Shown piece after piece: positions 10,402-22,111 of a stretch of DNA of 64,000 nucleotides. The DNA is taken from NCBI GenBank assembly GCA_934098385.1, contig CAKOOJ010000001.1, positions 13,717 to 77,716 on the forward strand, read 5' to 3'. The position numbers and the translations under genes are program-made. Source of the stretch: an uncultured Bacilli bacterium. Its GTDB lineage: Bacteria; Bacillota_I; Bacilli_A; RF39; UBA660. Positions within the stretch are counted from its first letter, which is position 1. Every line of letters begins with the position of its first letter. Under the pieces are notes generated by a model, which was given only the letters and a program-made list of their open reading frames with translations, searched no databases and was not told where the DNA came from.

Positions 10402-13400
10402 TAAATTTCATCCCCTTCTATTTTACCTTCGGATATAGCTTCTAATTCCTCATCAGTAGGATTTCCTTCAAAAACTTCATCTGTAGTTTCTATTTCTTCA
10501 TTCTCTTCATCAGGTATATTTTCTTTATCATCAACGTCACTAGTAACGTTTGTAATAATTTCTTTATTAACATCTATTTCATCAATTGTTATAGGAGTGT
10601 CGTCATCATCCTCTTCAAGTTCATTCATATCACGTATTTGATCATTATTATCAATAAATGATATATCTAATCCTAAAGCTTGGAATTCTTTAATTAAAAC
10701 CCTAAAACTTTCTGGAACACCAGCTTGGCTAATATTTTTGCCTTTGACTAATGCTTCATAAACTTTAACACGTCCAACAACATCATCAGATTTAATGGTT
10801 AATATTTCTTGTAAAACATGAGCTGCACCATATGCATATAATGCCCAAACTTCCATTTCTCCGAAACGTTGTCCACCAAATTGTGCTTTACCACCTAATG
10901 GTTGTTGTGTAACTAGTGAGTAAGGTCCAGTTGAACGAGCATGTAACTTATCATCTACCATATGATGTAATTTAATCATATACATGACACCAACTGCTAC
11001 TCTATTTTCAAATGGTTCACCAGTACGTCCATTATAAAGAACAGTCTTACCATCTTTATCAAGTCCAGCTTCATCCATCATTTCTTGAATATCTTCTACT
11101 GTAGCTCCATCGAATACTGGAGTTGCACAATAAACACCTAATTTTTTAGCAGCCATTCCTAAATGTAACTCTAATATTTGTCCTAAATTCATACGTGATG
11201 GAACACCTTGTGGATTAAGTACAATATCTACTGGAGTTCCATCTGGCAAATATGGCATATCTTCTTCTGGAAGAATAAGTGATATAACACCTTTATTTCC
11301 GTGACGTCCAGACATTTTATCTCCAACTTGGATTTTACGTTTTTGAATTATATAAACTCTTATAACTTTTGAAACACCTGCAGCTAGTTCATCACTATTT
11401 TCTTTAGTATATATTTTAACGTCATGAACTATACCATCTGCGCCATGTGCTACACGAAGTGATGTATCTCTAACTTCACGAGTCTTTTCACCAAATATGG
11501 CATGTAATAATTTTTCTTCACTAGTTAATTCTTGTACACCTTTTGGAGTAACTTTACCAACTAGTATATCACCTTCATGAACTTCTGTACCAATACGTAT
11601 AATACCATTAGCATCTAAATTCTTACGAGCTTCTTCACTTACATTTGGAATATCACGAGTAATTTCTTCAGGTCCTAATTTAGTATCACGACAATCAATA
11701 TCATAATGTTCTATATGAAGTGATGTATAAACATCATCTTTAACTAATCTTTCATTTAATACAACAGCATCTTCATAGTTATAACCATTAAATGTCATAA
11801 ATGCAACAGTCATATTTTTACCTAATGCAAGTTCTCCTTTATTAGTACTTGTACCGTCTGCAAGAACTTCACCACGATGAACCTTATCACCTTTATTAAC
11901 AATAGGACTATGATTCAAACATGTTTCTGCATTACTTCTTTCAAAATTATCTAAATAATAAACATCTTTATCTTTAGCATTTTTAATAACAATTTTTTTA
12001 GAATCAGCATATTCAACTACACCATCAGCTTTCGCTACTATAGTTGAACCTGAATCTCTAGCAGCAATATATTCTACACCAGTTCCAACAAATGGAGCTT
12101 GACTTTGTAAAAGTGGTACTGCTTGACGTTGCATGTTAGATCCCATTAATGCTCTATGAGCATCATCATGATCTAAGAAAGGTATGCAACTTGTTGTAAT
12201 AGATACAACTTGACTTGGAGCAACGTCTATAAAATTGACTAATTCTTTCTTAACAATAACGTTTTCTCCATTTAAACGGGCAACAACTTCTTCATCAGTT
12301 AAATTGTTGTCATCATCCATTCCAATTGTAGCTTGACTTATATAATAATCACTTTCTTCATCAGCAGTTAAATATAAAACTTCATCGGTTACATGACAAT
12401 CAACAACTTTTCTATATGGTGTCATTAAGAAACCATATTCATTAACTTTTGCATAACTTGCTATAGAAGTAATAAGTCCGATATTTGCACCTTCTGGAGA
12501 TTCAATAGGACAAATTCTGCCATAATGTGATACGTTAACGTCACGAACTTCCATACCAGCTCTATCTCTTGACAAACCACCAGGTCCAAGACTTGATAAA
12601 CGTCTCTTATCAGTTAATTCAGCAATTGGATTAACTTGATCCATGAACTTAGATAACTGACTTGATCCAAAGAATTCTTTCATAGCAGCTGTTACTGGAC
12701 GTATATTGATTAATGTCTTAGGAGTTACCATATCTAATTCTTGAGTTGTCATTCTTTCGCGTATAACTCTTTCCATACGAACCATACCAGTTCTAAATTG
12801 ATTTTGGATTAATTCTCCAACTTGTCTAACACGACGATTAGCTAAATGATCTATTTCATCTATATTTCCAATATCATCTAATAAGTTCAAATAATATGAA
12901 ATTGCACCATATACATCAGAAATAGTTAAACGTCTAGAATCAATACTTTGATCATTACCGATTATTTTAATTATTTCTTTTTCATTATTCTTATTATATA
13001 CAAGAATTTCTTGAACTTTATTATACTCATCTAATTCTTCATTTATAGTAACTGTTTTTAAATTATAACCATTAAGAAATATAGGTCTAATTTTTTCTAA
13101 TATAGCTTTATCAATTACTGTACCTTTTTTTACTATAACTTCTTTACCATCTTTAATGTTTTCAGCTATTTTTTGTCCAAGCAAACGATCTAATACATTT
13201 AATTTCTTATTAAATTTATAACGTCCCACACGTGCCAAATCATAACGAAACTTATCAAAGAAACGTGTAATTAATTGGTTTTTAGCAGAATCAAGAGTTG
13301 CAGGTTCACCTGGTCTTAATTTTTCATAAATTTCAATTAATGCTTCATCAGTATTTCTAGTGCTATCCTTTTCTAAAGTATTTTTAATAAATCTATTATC

Positions 13401-14036
13401 CCCAAACACTTCTAAAATTTCTTCATCACTAGATAATCCTAACGCACGTAAAAGTGTTGTAACAGTTACTTTTCTAGTTCTATCAATTCTTACATAAATA
13501 ACATCTCTTGCGTCAAGTTCAAACTCTAACCATGTACCTTTATTAGGTATCATTTCTCCGCTTACTACAGGTCGTCCATTTTTATCTATTTCACGTTTAA
13601 AATATATTGATGGACTTCTTACTAATTGTGAAACAATAACACGTTCAACACCATTAATTATAAAAGTTCCTGCATCTGTCATCATAGGCATGTCACCTAG
13701 GAAGACTTCTTGTTCTTTAACTTCACCTGTTTCATTAATGAAAACACGTGCATTAACTTTTAATGGAGCACTATATGTTACCATTCTTTCTTTTGATTCT
13801 TTTACCCCATATCTAGGTTCATCAAAACAATAATCACTAAAACTTAGAGATATATTACCAGTGAAACTTTCTACAGGAAATAAATCATCAAATACTTCTT
13901 TAATTCCTTCTGTCAAGAACCATTTATAAGATTCTTTTTGAATATCCAATAAATCTTTTAATTCATATTTATTAGATGTTTTTGAGAAAGATCTTCTTTC
14001 TCTATGGTCACCAAATTTTTCTACTTTGTATGCCAC
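10401..14036 (-). CDS. rpoB: DNA-directed RNA polymerase subunit beta.
   Basis: 1211 aa with conserved blocks [13 protein letters not shown]-like, GRHGNKGV and PSRMN. Its stop overlaps the rpoC start by 1 nt (TAATG). Confidence 0.98.
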   Translation of the reverse strand: MAYKVEKFGDHRERRSFSKTSNKYELKDLLDIQKESYKWFLTEGIKEVFDDLFPVESFTGNISLSFSDYCFDEPRYGVKESKERMVTYSAPLKVNARVFINETGEVKEQEVFLGDMPMMTDAGTFIINGVERVIVSQLVRSPSIYFKREIDKNGRPVVSGEMIPNKGTWLEFELDARDVIYVRIDRTRKVTVTTLLRALGLSSDEEILEVFGDNRFIKNTLEKDSTRNTDEALIEIYEKLRPGEPATLDSAKNQLITRFFDKFRYDLARVGRYKFNKKLNVLDRLLGQKIAENIKDGKEVIVKKGTVIDKAILEKIRPIFLNGYNLKTVTINEELDEYNKVQEILVYNKNNEKEIIKIIGNDQSIDSRRLTISDVYGAISYYLNLLDDIGNIDEIDHLANRRVRQVGELIQNQFRTGMVRMERVIRERMTTQELDMVTPKTLINIRPVTAAMKEFFGSSQLSKFMDQVNPIAELTDKRRLSSLGPGGLSRDRAGMEVRDVNVSHYGRICPIESPEGANIGLITSIASYAKVNEYGFLMTPYRKVVDCHVTDEVLYLTADEESDYYISQATIGMDDDNNLTDEEVVARLNGENVIVKKELVNFIDVAPSQVVSITTSCIPFLDHDDAHRALMGSNMQRQAVPLLQSQAPFVGTGVEYIAARDSGSTIVAKADGVVEYADSKKIVIKNAKDKDVYYLDNFERSNAETCLNHSPIVNKGDKVHRGEVLADGTSTNKGELALGKNMTVAFMTFNGYNYEDAVVLNERLVKDDVYTSLHIEHYDIDCRDTKLGPEEITRDIPNVSEEARKNLDANGIIRIGTEVHEGDILVGKVTPKGVQELTSEEKLLHAIFGEKTREVRDTSLRVAHGADGIVHDVKIYTKENSDELAAGVSKVIRVYIIQKRKIQVGDKMSGRHGNKGVISLILPEEDMPYLPDGTPVDIVLNPQGVPSRMNLGQILELHLGMAAKKLGVYCATPVFDGATVEDIQEMMDEAGLDKDGKTVLYNGRTGEPFENRVAVGVMYMIKLHHMVDDKLHARSTGPYSLVTQQPLGGKAQFGGQRFGEMEVWALYAYGAAHVLQEILTIKSDDVVGRVKVYEALVKGKNISQAGVPESFRVLIKEFQALGLDISFIDNNDQIRDMNELEEDDDDTPITIDEIDVNKEIITNVTSDVDDKENIPDEENEEIETTDEVFEGNPTDEELEAISEGKIEGDEI

Positions 14037-14109
14037 TCAAGTTCACCCCAATACTAGTATTTTTTTCGAGAGTAATCTCCCCAAAAAGAGACTACGCCAC
14101 CAATTTAAA

Positions 14110-14138
14110 ATTTTATCAATAAAAAACGAATATGTCAA
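14110..14138 (-). promoter_or_regulatory. Candidate sigma-A promoter of rpoBC.
   Basis: Minus-sense TTGACA (14138-14133), 17-nt spacer, TAAAAT (14115-14110). The -35 box overlaps the methyltransferase stop codon. An 8-bp leader hairpin (gtagtctc/gagattac) follows. Confidence 0.5.
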
Positions 14139-14731
14139 CGCTTTTTACAAAGAATTACAAAAAATCCTTTATTTTTATCTAATACGTTTATATCGTAAAC
14201 GTTTTTTATTTTTTCTATTACATTTTTTGCCCCATGATCTTTATTCATAACAAAATAAAACTCTCCATCATCATTCAAATGATTTGCTGCATTATTAATT
14301 ATATTCATATATACTTTCTTACCTGCTCTAATAGGTGGGTTAGATATTATAACATCGTACTTTTTATCTATATTACTATAAATATCGCTAATAAAAGAAA
14401 TAGCATTAACATTCATATTTTTTATATTTAAATTAGACAAATGAACTGCTCTCTTATTAACATCTATCATATCAACTTTACTATTCATTATTTTAGATAT
14501 AGTTATTCCTATAAAACCATAACCACAACCAACATCTAAAACATTAACATTTTTTCTACCTACTTTAAAATAATTTTCTACAAGTAATTTGCTAGCATAA
14601 TCTACTCTATCTTTTGAAAATACACCTAAATCACTAGTAAAATTAAATACATAATCTTTATATTTATAAATTATATTTCTATATTCGCTTTTTAAGTTCT
14701 CATCATTAGTGAAATATTGACTCATTAACAT
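14135..14731 (-). CDS. Class I SAM-dependent methyltransferase (RsmC/YbxB-like small-domain MTase).
   Basis: VLDVGCGYG SAM motif and NPPIRAGK motif. It sits immediately upstream of rpoB, as B. subtilis ybxB does. Confidence 0.8.
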   Translation of the reverse strand: MLMSQYFTNDENLKSEYRNIIYKYKDYVFNFTSDLGVFSKDRVDYASKLLVENYFKVGRKNVNVLDVGCGYGFIGITISKIMNSKVDMIDVNKRAVHLSNLNIKNMNVNAISFISDIYSNIDKKYDVIISNPPIRAGKKVYMNIINNAANHLNDDGEFYFVMNKDHGAKNVIEKIKNVYDINVLDKNKGFFVILCKKR

Positions 14732-14811
14732 TCCCCTTTTTTAAATGTATTTTAATTATAGCACATTAACTTTTAAAAAAAAAGAAAAATTTTGTAACTT
14801 TTCTTCAATTT

Positions 14812-16878
14812 TTAAGATTCATTTTGTTTATTATCAATCTTATCTACTTTATTCATAACATTTCCATTTAATGAATTATATAAGTAATTAAAGTAATTAT
14901 TTTTAATTGCCAAACTACTCATTTTAATTTTTAAATCAATTTTATTATTAATATTTTGTAATTCTTCAATTGTATAAGTTTTATCAGTATAATATTCTAT
15001 ATTACTTCTACTTGCGTTATAGTATGCATATTCATTTTTCCAACTTCCGTCAGCAAAAACAACAATAGATTCATAGTCCTTACTTAATAAGTCACTCCCC
15101 ATATAAAGCCTTGGATCATAATCTAAATCAAATAGATTTGCAACAGTAGGAAGTATATTAATATATGATGTGTAACTTTCAAATTCTTTACTATCAATAT
15201 CAGTATTATATATAACAAATGGAACTCTTTCATTTTCATAGTCTACATTTGTATCATAATCTAAAACAGTATTAATTGTATCTGTTGATAATCCATAAGG
15301 ATAATGATCCCCATACATTACTATAACAGTATCATCTAATATACCCTTTTCCTCTAATCCATCAAGTAATATTCCAAGTGCATTATCTAATATTTTTAAT
15401 TTAGATTTGTATCTTTTTAAATCTGTTCTTATATCCATATCTTCATACAAACTTAGATATTTATCACCTTCAATTGAAGAATAATAATAAGGTTGATGAC
15501 TTGATACAGTTGTTAACCATGCCATAAAATTTTTATTATCAACATTATCTATAGGTTCTAATACTTTATTCATAAAATCTTCATCACTAGCCCAATTTTT
15601 ATAAATACTAGAATATTCTATACCAAGTTTTTCAACTCCATAATAAGCATTACTTCCCATATTAGTATGAATTTCATTTCTATAATAATAATGTTCTGTA
15701 TAATCATGCGCACTAAATGTATTATATCCTTTATTATTAAATAAATTAAATATTGCTTCAAAATAAGTATTCTTTCTATAATTGTTTGCAGTACAAGTAT
15801 TATATATAGAAAACAAACTTGTCATACCACTCATCTCATTATTACCTGTACTACAACTATTTCTAGGACTATAATTATTTTTCCAATGCCAACCTTCACT
15901 ATACATTTTATAAAAGTTAGGATAATCTTCTTTATTTATAATAATATCATTAACGCTTTCTAACATAATAACTATTAAATTTTTATCTTTAAACATACCA
16001 GTATAATTATTAGTATCAGTAACATCATTATTTATAAAATATTTATTTAAAGTATTTAATGTCTCATTAGTTTCATTATCTATTAAATTATTCCAATTAG
16101 TATCATCAAATTTTCTTGTACTATTTTCTTTAGCATATTTATTACTCTCATTTTCTATCTTATATTCTTCACTTACTTTAGCTGGAAAAAAATAATTATT
16201 TACATCTAATATTCCAAATGTTATTATACCAAATTGTTTTACAGCGATACTAGGAACACTAGGACTTTTAAATAACTTTTTATTACTCACTGTCTGCAAT
16301 TTATTTTGCATAAATGGAACATATATTGTTAATAAATATAAATTAGAGAACATACATAAAATTAAAATACTTAAAGATAATTTCTTAACATATAATCTTT
16401 TATTCAATAATTTATAATTATTTTTGCTCATACTTATATTATATTTATTAATTATTTTTTCATTTATAAAGATATAATATAAAACCATAAGTATAAATGG
16501 TAATATAAGAAAATAATAATACCATTTAAAACTTAATATAAATTCTCTAATATAATCTATAACAGCACCTAATTGACTAGATGTTCCTAGTGACATATAC
16601 ACACCAATAAAATTATTAAATCCTGTTTCTGCTAAAGCATATATTGATGATATAAATATCAAAGTTACATTAATATATTTATGTAATTTTTTATTTATAA
16701 AATATTCTAAATTACCAATAATAAAACTTAACAAAAAACTAGAAATTAAAATTCTAATACTTGAATAATCTATTAAATTATAAAAATTAACAATTTTAAA
16801 TATTATTTCAATTAATATTAAGAATGTAAAATTAATTATAGTATTTAATAATATATTCTTATTTATATATTTTTTCAT
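14812..16878 (-). CDS. ltaS: LTA synthase family protein (LtaS-like phosphoglycerol transferase / sulfatase domain).
   Basis: N-terminal polytopic membrane region plus sulfatase-like domain (LIVIMLESVND, SHQPY, VIVMYGDHYPYG). Confidence 0.85.
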   Translation of the reverse strand: MKKYINKNILLNTIINFTFLILIEIIFKIVNFYNLIDYSSIRILISSFLLSFIIGNLEYFINKKLHKYINVTLIFISSIYALAETGFNNFIGVYMSLGTSSQLGAVIDYIREFILSFKWYYYFLILPFILMVLYYIFINEKIINKYNISMSKNNYKLLNKRLYVKKLSLSILILCMFSNLYLLTIYVPFMQNKLQTVSNKKLFKSPSVPSIAVKQFGIITFGILDVNNYFFPAKVSEEYKIENESNKYAKENSTRKFDDTNWNNLIDNETNETLNTLNKYFINNDVTDTNNYTGMFKDKNLIVIMLESVNDIIINKEDYPNFYKMYSEGWHWKNNYSPRNSCSTGNNEMSGMTSLFSIYNTCTANNYRKNTYFEAIFNLFNNKGYNTFSAHDYTEHYYYRNEIHTNMGSNAYYGVEKLGIEYSSIYKNWASDEDFMNKVLEPIDNVDNKNFMAWLTTVSSHQPYYYSSIEGDKYLSLYEDMDIRTDLKRYKSKLKILDNALGILLDGLEEKGILDDTVIVMYGDHYPYGLSTDTINTVLDYDTNVDYENERVPFVIYNTDIDSKEFESYTSYINILPTVANLFDLDYDPRLYMGSDLLSKDYESIVVFADGSWKNEYAYYNASRSNIEYYTDKTYTIEELQNINNKIDLKIKMSSLAIKNNYFNYLYNSLNGNVMNKVDKIDNKQNES

Positions 16879-17089
16879 ATCTTTATTTACTCCTTTTAAG
16901 ACACATTAAATATAATATAACATAATACATTATAAGTCCATATATCAATTTCATTTTATTAAATATTTTTGAAATATTTATGAAATTATATTATATTTTA
17001 TACTAAAATCAACTCTTTGTATGTTGATATTATCCATCTATAAATGTATAATTAATTTAAGAAATTGAATATAATAAATTGGTGATATT

Positions 17090-17395
17090 ATGAAAGTCGT
17101 AGTTGCTAAAAGTTTTAAAGATAAATTAATAGGATTAATGAATAAAAGAAATATTGATTATGGTTTATTAATAGAAGATTGTAAAAGTATACATACATTT
17201 TTTATGTTAGAGAATATTGATGTTTTATTATTAGATAAGAATAATAGAATACTGATGATTAATAGAAATATAAAACCCAATAAAATAATTATATTTAATA
17301 ATAAAAATAAAACTAATATATTAGAATTACCAAATAACTCTAGTATAAATTTAAAAGTTAATGATATTTTGGATTTAGATAATTTAGAATTATAA
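17090..17395 (+). CDS. DUF192-family protein.
   Basis: GLM...SIHTFFMLENIDVLLLD pattern typical of DUF192/COG1430. Confidence 0.55.
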   Translation: MKVVVAKSFKDKLIGLMNKRNIDYGLLIEDCKSIHTFFMLENIDVLLLDKNNRILMINRNIKPNKIIIFNNKNKTNILELPNNSSINLKVNDILDLDNLEL

Positions 17396-17490
17396 AGTTT
17401 TCTATTATTAGAAAATTTTTATATTATATTTTCATTATTTTATTATTTATTAAACTTTGTATAAGATAAAAACTACTAAAAAGTAGTAAA

Positions 17491-18594
17491 TTATAGCATC
17501 ATAATTTTACTTTTTGGTAGTTTTGTAAGTTTAAGAATTTTATTCATTGGATATCCTTCTGCTTTTAATGCTTTTGCAAATTCTATTTTTTCTTCTTCAA
17601 ACTTTTTAACTTTAGCATCAACTTGTTGTTCTTTTGCAGAAACTTCTTGAACTTTAGCATCAACTTCTCGAGTCTTGGCATCAGCTTCTCGAGTCTTGGC
17701 ATCAGCTTCTCGAGTCTTAGCATGAGCTTCTTGAACTTTGGCATCAGCTTCTTGCACTTTTTTCGTAGCCCATCTTACTTTTTCTTCAGATTTTCTTACA
17801 TCTTCTTTAGCCTTTCTTGCGTCTTCTTTAGCCTTTCTCGCATCTTCTTTAGCTTTTCTTGCATCTTCTAAAGCCATTTCTTCTAGGATCTTAAGTTCTT
17901 CTTCACGATTATAAGTAACCGGGTCTCCTTCTCTAAAATCCATTCTGGCTATATAATCCATAATATCAATCACTTCCTTCTCTACATTTTTATTTACAAG
18001 ATTACGCCTATCCTGTTCAATGAATATTATTAATAATCTTTCCAAATCATTTAATTCAATATTATTATACATTTTATTTCTTAACGAGTCAATATTAATA
18101 TGTATAATATTTATTAAATTATATATATTTGCATAATATTTTGTATCAAGTATTTTAGATGTATATACTATTTCATTTCTTTTATTTACATCATAATCAT
18201 CAATATTTATTAATATTGTTTTCTTATTATAATTATTCTTATTATTTAGTCTACTACTATGTTGTTTAAATAAATAATAATAATTCTTATTAATATGATG
18301 TTTCATATTATTGCTATTCATTTCAAATATTATATAAATATCTTTATATTCATAAATAACATCACTTCTATTTATATTATTAAATACACTATTACTAGGA
18401 TGTTCATTATTAACTATTTTTAAATTATTTTTTAAATCATTTAAATCATACCCTAATAAATAATGTAATAATTTACAAACATAATTTAATGAACATTTAT
18501 TTAAAAATACATTTCTAAATATTAAATCATTTTTAATATCAAATAATAGATTTTTATTATTAATAATATCTTCGAACTTTCTAAATTTTTTCAC
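17491..18594 (-). CDS. Rpn/YhgA-like PD-(D/E)XK nuclease family protein (the family often annotated 'putative transposase') with a repeat-expanded coiled-coil C-terminal region.
   Basis: GTG start 18594-18592 lies 8 nt after GGAGG. Nuclease-core-like D...FEMN block (RSDVIYEYKDIYIIFEMN). The C-terminal tail IEFAKALKAEGYPMNKILKLTKL is typical of this family. Heptad repeats EDARKAK and QEADAKV/TREADAK. Confidence 0.65.
   Translation of the reverse strand: MKKFRKFEDIINNKNLLFDIKNDLIFRNVFLNKCSLNYVCKLLHYLLGYDLNDLKNNLKIVNNEHPSNSVFNNINRSDVIYEYKDIYIIFEMNSNNMKHHINKNYYYLFKQHSSRLNNKNNYNKKTILINIDDYDVNKRNEIVYTSKILDTKYYANIYNLINIIHINIDSLRNKMYNNIELNDLERLLIIFIEQDRRNLVNKNVEKEVIDIMDYIARMDFREGDPVTYNREEELKILEEMALEDARKAKEDARKAKEDARKAKEDVRKSEEKVRWATKKVQEADAKVQEAHAKTREADAKTREADAKTREVDAKVQEVSAKEQQVDAKVKKFEEEKIEFAKALKAEGYPMNKILKLTKLPKSKIMML
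17611..17883. repeat. In-frame 21-nt tandem array of about 13 units within the Rpn-like gene.
   Basis: Units are phased every 21 nt from 17611. Units 17674-17694 and 17695-17715 are identical (cttggcatcagcttctcgagt, 11/21 G+C, each containing ctcgag). A second sub-family (atcttctttagcctttcttgc) runs from 17800. Confidence 0.9.
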
Positions 18595-18715
18595 GAGGTT
18601 TACCTCCTTTCTAAAAGGCTATAAATTTTATACCCTTCACTTATATATATAGTGAAAAAATTTGTATTTCCTTTTTTTTATTACATTTTTTTTAACTTTT
18701 TTTATAAAAACTACA

Positions 18716-18749
18716 AATAAAAAATATCTGTATATAAAATCTTACAGAT
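18716..18749 (-). terminator. Intrinsic terminator downstream of ftsK.
   Basis: Stem atctgta (18726-18732) / tacagat (18743-18749), with a U-run in the minus-sense transcript. Confidence 0.55.
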
Positions 18750-18873
18750 ACTAAATTTTTGTTGTAAAGCAAATGTAAATACAGAATATTATAATTTGTT
18801 ATTTTATCTCGCTATCTATTTTTTTATTTTACAAAACAATCAATAAAAAATACAAGATAATATATCTCATATT

Positions 18874-21075
18874 TTATTCTTCATTATCATCTAACTTAAC
18901 TAAAACTTCTCTAGGTTTAGATCCATTTTGTGGACCTATTATTCCTCTCTCTTCTAATAAATCAATTATTCTAGCAGCACGATTATATCCTACTTTAAAT
19001 CTTCTTTGTACTAAAGATGCACTTATTTTACCAGTTTCAATTGCAAAGTCTACAATATCATTATAAAGAGGATCATCATATTCTTCTTTCTCAAAATCAT
19101 CGCCCGCAGCCATATGATTTGGTGCTGCTTCAGTTAATGTATTATCATATTGTGCAACCTGTTCTTTTGATACATAATCTATTAATCTTTGAGTTTCTTC
19201 ATCGCTTATAAAATTACCTTGAATACGTAAAGGAGCATTTTCTCCCATTGGTAAATATAACATATCTCCTTTTCCAAGTAATTTTTCTGCACCACCCATA
19301 TCAAGTATAGTTCTTGAATCTATTTGACTAGCAACTGCAAAAGATATACGACTAGGAATGTTTGCTTTAACAACACCAGTAATAACATCTGTTGATGGTC
19401 TTTGAGTTGCAACAATCAAATGTATACCAGCGGCACGAGCCATTTGAGTAATACGCATAATAGAATCTTCAACTTCTTTAGCAGCAACTAACATTAAATC
19501 AGCCAACTCATCTATTATAACTACTATAAAGGGCATTTTCTTTTCTATTTCAGCATTAGCTTGGTTATTAGTTTTTTCTACCCATTCATTATATCCACTT
19601 ATATTTTTTACATTTTTTTCACTAAATAAATCATATCTGTGTTCCATCTCTGCAACAATTTTTTGTAATGCTATACTTGCTTTCTTAGGATCACTTACAA
19701 CAGGACACATTAAGTGTGGTATACCATTGTAATTAGAAAGTTCAACCTTTTTAGGATCTACTAAAACAAGTTTACATTCATCTGGTCGCATACGTATCAA
19801 TATACTTGCAATAAAACTATTAATACAAACTGATTTACCGCTACCGGTAGAACCAGCAACTAATAAGTGTGGCATTTTAGCCATATCAGCGCAACAATTT
19901 CTTCCCATTATATCTTTACCTAATGAAAATAATATTTTTGCATTAGCCATATTACTAGGAACATTTGATAGTACTTCACGAATTGGAACACTACTAGTAA
20001 TCTTATTAGGTATTTCCACTCCAACCGTACTTTTACCTGGTATAGGAGCTTGTATACGAACATCTTTAGCAGCAAGTGCAAGTGCAATTTCTTTATTAAT
20101 ACTAGTTATTCTACTAACCTTAGTACCACTTGCAATCTCAACTTCAAATTGAGTTACAGTTGGACCCTCATGTATCTCAACGACTTTACCATGAATTTGA
20201 AAATCAGCTAAAACTTTTTCTAAAGCGGTTTTTGTTTTATTTAAAAATTCAGTAGTATTCGCTTGTTTCTTTTTCTTAATAGGATCTAAAATATCTAATG
20301 AAGGTAACTTATAATTACTATTAGACGTATTATTTATATTATCAACACTAACAGTCTCCGCTACAACATTCTTTCCTATATTATGTGCATCTTCATGAGA
20401 AGTAATGATTACTCTATTATCAACAACTTCTGTTTCTTCTTCATCTTCCTCCTCTTCATCATCATCTTCTTCTTTATTATGTTTTTCTTTCTTTGGTCTA
20501 TTTTTTATTTTTTCTTTTCCATCTTTAATCTTATCTAAAATATCACCTATAGATAAATTAAACAATAATATTACACCAAAGAATATTAAAACATAGTAAA
20601 CTATCATTGCCCCCCTACTATCAAATAAGGCTTTTAAACTCCATCCACTAATGGCACCAATTATTCCTCCACCAGCATTAGACAAATTAGTAAATTCTGG
20701 TCCTTTAATACTCATTAGTTTTTCTATACTTAGTTCCATAAAGTCTTTAAATTTTAAGCCTTTATCAACATATTTCATATGTGATAAACCAAGTATTGAA
20801 AATGTTAAAATATATATTCCAATAAATCTAGACGAATAAAACTTAGGACTTTCTCTTTTTATTATAAAGACAGACCCTAAAAAAATTAAAAATAATATTA
20901 AAACATTAACATATGTACCAACTAAAAATACTCCAAATTGTTTTATAATAGAACCTACAGGGCCAAACACACCAATACCAATAACACCAATTAAAATTAG
21001 TATTAATCCTATAAATTCTATACTTATTTTATTTTTTGAACTAGTTGTATTTTTTCTTTTTTTCTTCTTAGCCAT
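18874..21075 (-). CDS. ftsK: DNA translocase FtsK/SpoIIIE.
   Basis: N-terminal TM segments, acidic linker, Walker A GSTGSGKS, and a C-terminal winged-helix gamma domain (SASLVQRRFKVGYNRAARIID). Confidence 0.95.
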   Translation of the reverse strand: MAKKKKRKNTTSSKNKISIEFIGLILILIGVIGIGVFGPVGSIIKQFGVFLVGTYVNVLILFLIFLGSVFIIKRESPKFYSSRFIGIYILTFSILGLSHMKYVDKGLKFKDFMELSIEKLMSIKGPEFTNLSNAGGGIIGAISGWSLKALFDSRGAMIVYYVLIFFGVILLFNLSIGDILDKIKDGKEKIKNRPKKEKHNKEEDDDEEEEDEEETEVVDNRVIITSHEDAHNIGKNVVAETVSVDNINNTSNSNYKLPSLDILDPIKKKKQANTTEFLNKTKTALEKVLADFQIHGKVVEIHEGPTVTQFEVEIASGTKVSRITSINKEIALALAAKDVRIQAPIPGKSTVGVEIPNKITSSVPIREVLSNVPSNMANAKILFSLGKDIMGRNCCADMAKMPHLLVAGSTGSGKSVCINSFIASILIRMRPDECKLVLVDPKKVELSNYNGIPHLMCPVVSDPKKASIALQKIVAEMEHRYDLFSEKNVKNISGYNEWVEKTNNQANAEIEKKMPFIVVIIDELADLMLVAAKEVEDSIMRITQMARAAGIHLIVATQRPSTDVITGVVKANIPSRISFAVASQIDSRTILDMGGAEKLLGKGDMLYLPMGENAPLRIQGNFISDEETQRLIDYVSKEQVAQYDNTLTEAAPNHMAAGDDFEKEEYDDPLYNDIVDFAIETGKISASLVQRRFKVGYNRAARIIDLLEERGIIGPQNGSKPREVLVKLDDNEE

Positions 21076-21157
21076 AATATCTTCACCATAATTAAATTAT
21101 ATAATATATATTTCTTTTAAACAAGAAAAAAGACATATATTTGTCTTTTATTTGTCA

Positions 21158-22108
21158 TTATCTCTTACATAATATTTTTTCTTTATTATTAAAAGCATTT
21201 ATAATATCATTTTCATTTATATTTAAAATATTTAACATATCTCTTAGAAAAAAATTGCTATAATTACAAATTATATCTACAGCATACTTTATATTTCTAA
21301 AATCATATCCATAATTATTTATAAAAGATAATGCAACGATAGTACCTATAAAATATTCTAAATTCATTTGTAATATTTCTTTATCTTCTACATCACTATT
21401 TAAATAGGAACTGCCATATTGACATAGAATATCTATCCTATCATGTTTATCACCTAATTTATAATATGATTCCATCCCCAATTCCATCATTATAGATGGT
21501 GTTTCAATATACTTATTATTTAAATCCTTTGTATATACATGAGTTAATTCATGAATATAATCTATCAAACTATTATTATTTAATATTAAAAAATCATTAT
21601 TATCATAAAAATTATTATTATCATAAAAATCAACTGTACATGACGTTTTAAAATGTTTATCCTTTATAATTCTATTTTTCATATAATTAATTAATCTATT
21701 ATAACATTCATCATAATTAATATAACTATATAATAAATCAGGATTAAATATATCATAATTATTTAATTTATTTCTATTATAATTATTTATATAATTTTTA
21801 ATATAATTCCTATTAAGTTTATTTAATAATTCTTTTAAAAAATTTATATCATTAACGCTCATGAATCTATTTTCATTTAATTTCTTATAATAATTACATA
21901 ATTCATTTTCTACACTAGGATTATTATTAATAAAATTATTATATTTTGTATTTATTAAATATACATATTTATTATTAAAGTCATTATAATTCTTTGATAA
22001 TTTATATATAACACTAATGGACTTAAATATTAATACTTTATTATTAAAATCATTAGTTTTATAATATAAATCCATATAATATTCCATCCAACTTAATAAT
22101 GTTTCCAT
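21158..22108 (-). CDS. Hypothetical protein with an HExxH zinc-metallopeptidase motif.
   Basis: HELTH at IDYIHELTHVY, with downstream Glu residues (MMELGMESYY). It starts 3 nt after the miaA stop. Confidence 0.4.
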   Translation of the reverse strand: METLLSWMEYYMDLYYKTNDFNNKVLIFKSISVIYKLSKNYNDFNNKYVYLINTKYNNFINNNPSVENELCNYYKKLNENRFMSVNDINFLKELLNKLNRNYIKNYINNYNRNKLNNYDIFNPDLLYSYINYDECYNRLINYMKNRIIKDKHFKTSCTVDFYDNNNFYDNNDFLILNNNSLIDYIHELTHVYTKDLNNKYIETPSIMMELGMESYYKLGDKHDRIDILCQYGSSYLNSDVEDKEILQMNLEYFIGTIVALSFINNYGYDFRNIKYAVDIICNYSNFFLRDMLNILNINENDIINAFNNKEKILCKR

Positions 22109-22111
22109 AAT

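Noticed and set aside
10401-10640. The acidic C-terminal tails of RpoB and RpoC as unusual extensions or inteins.
   Set aside because: Acidic C-terminal tails of similar length occur in Bacillus RpoB as I remember it. No intein or homing-endonuclease motifs or length anomalies are present.
17491-18594. A mobile element or transposase, since this family is often annotated 'putative transposase'.
   Set aside because: I see no terminal inverted repeats, target duplications, integrase or second transposition gene. The family is better described as an Rpn/YhgA-like PD-(D/E)XK nuclease.
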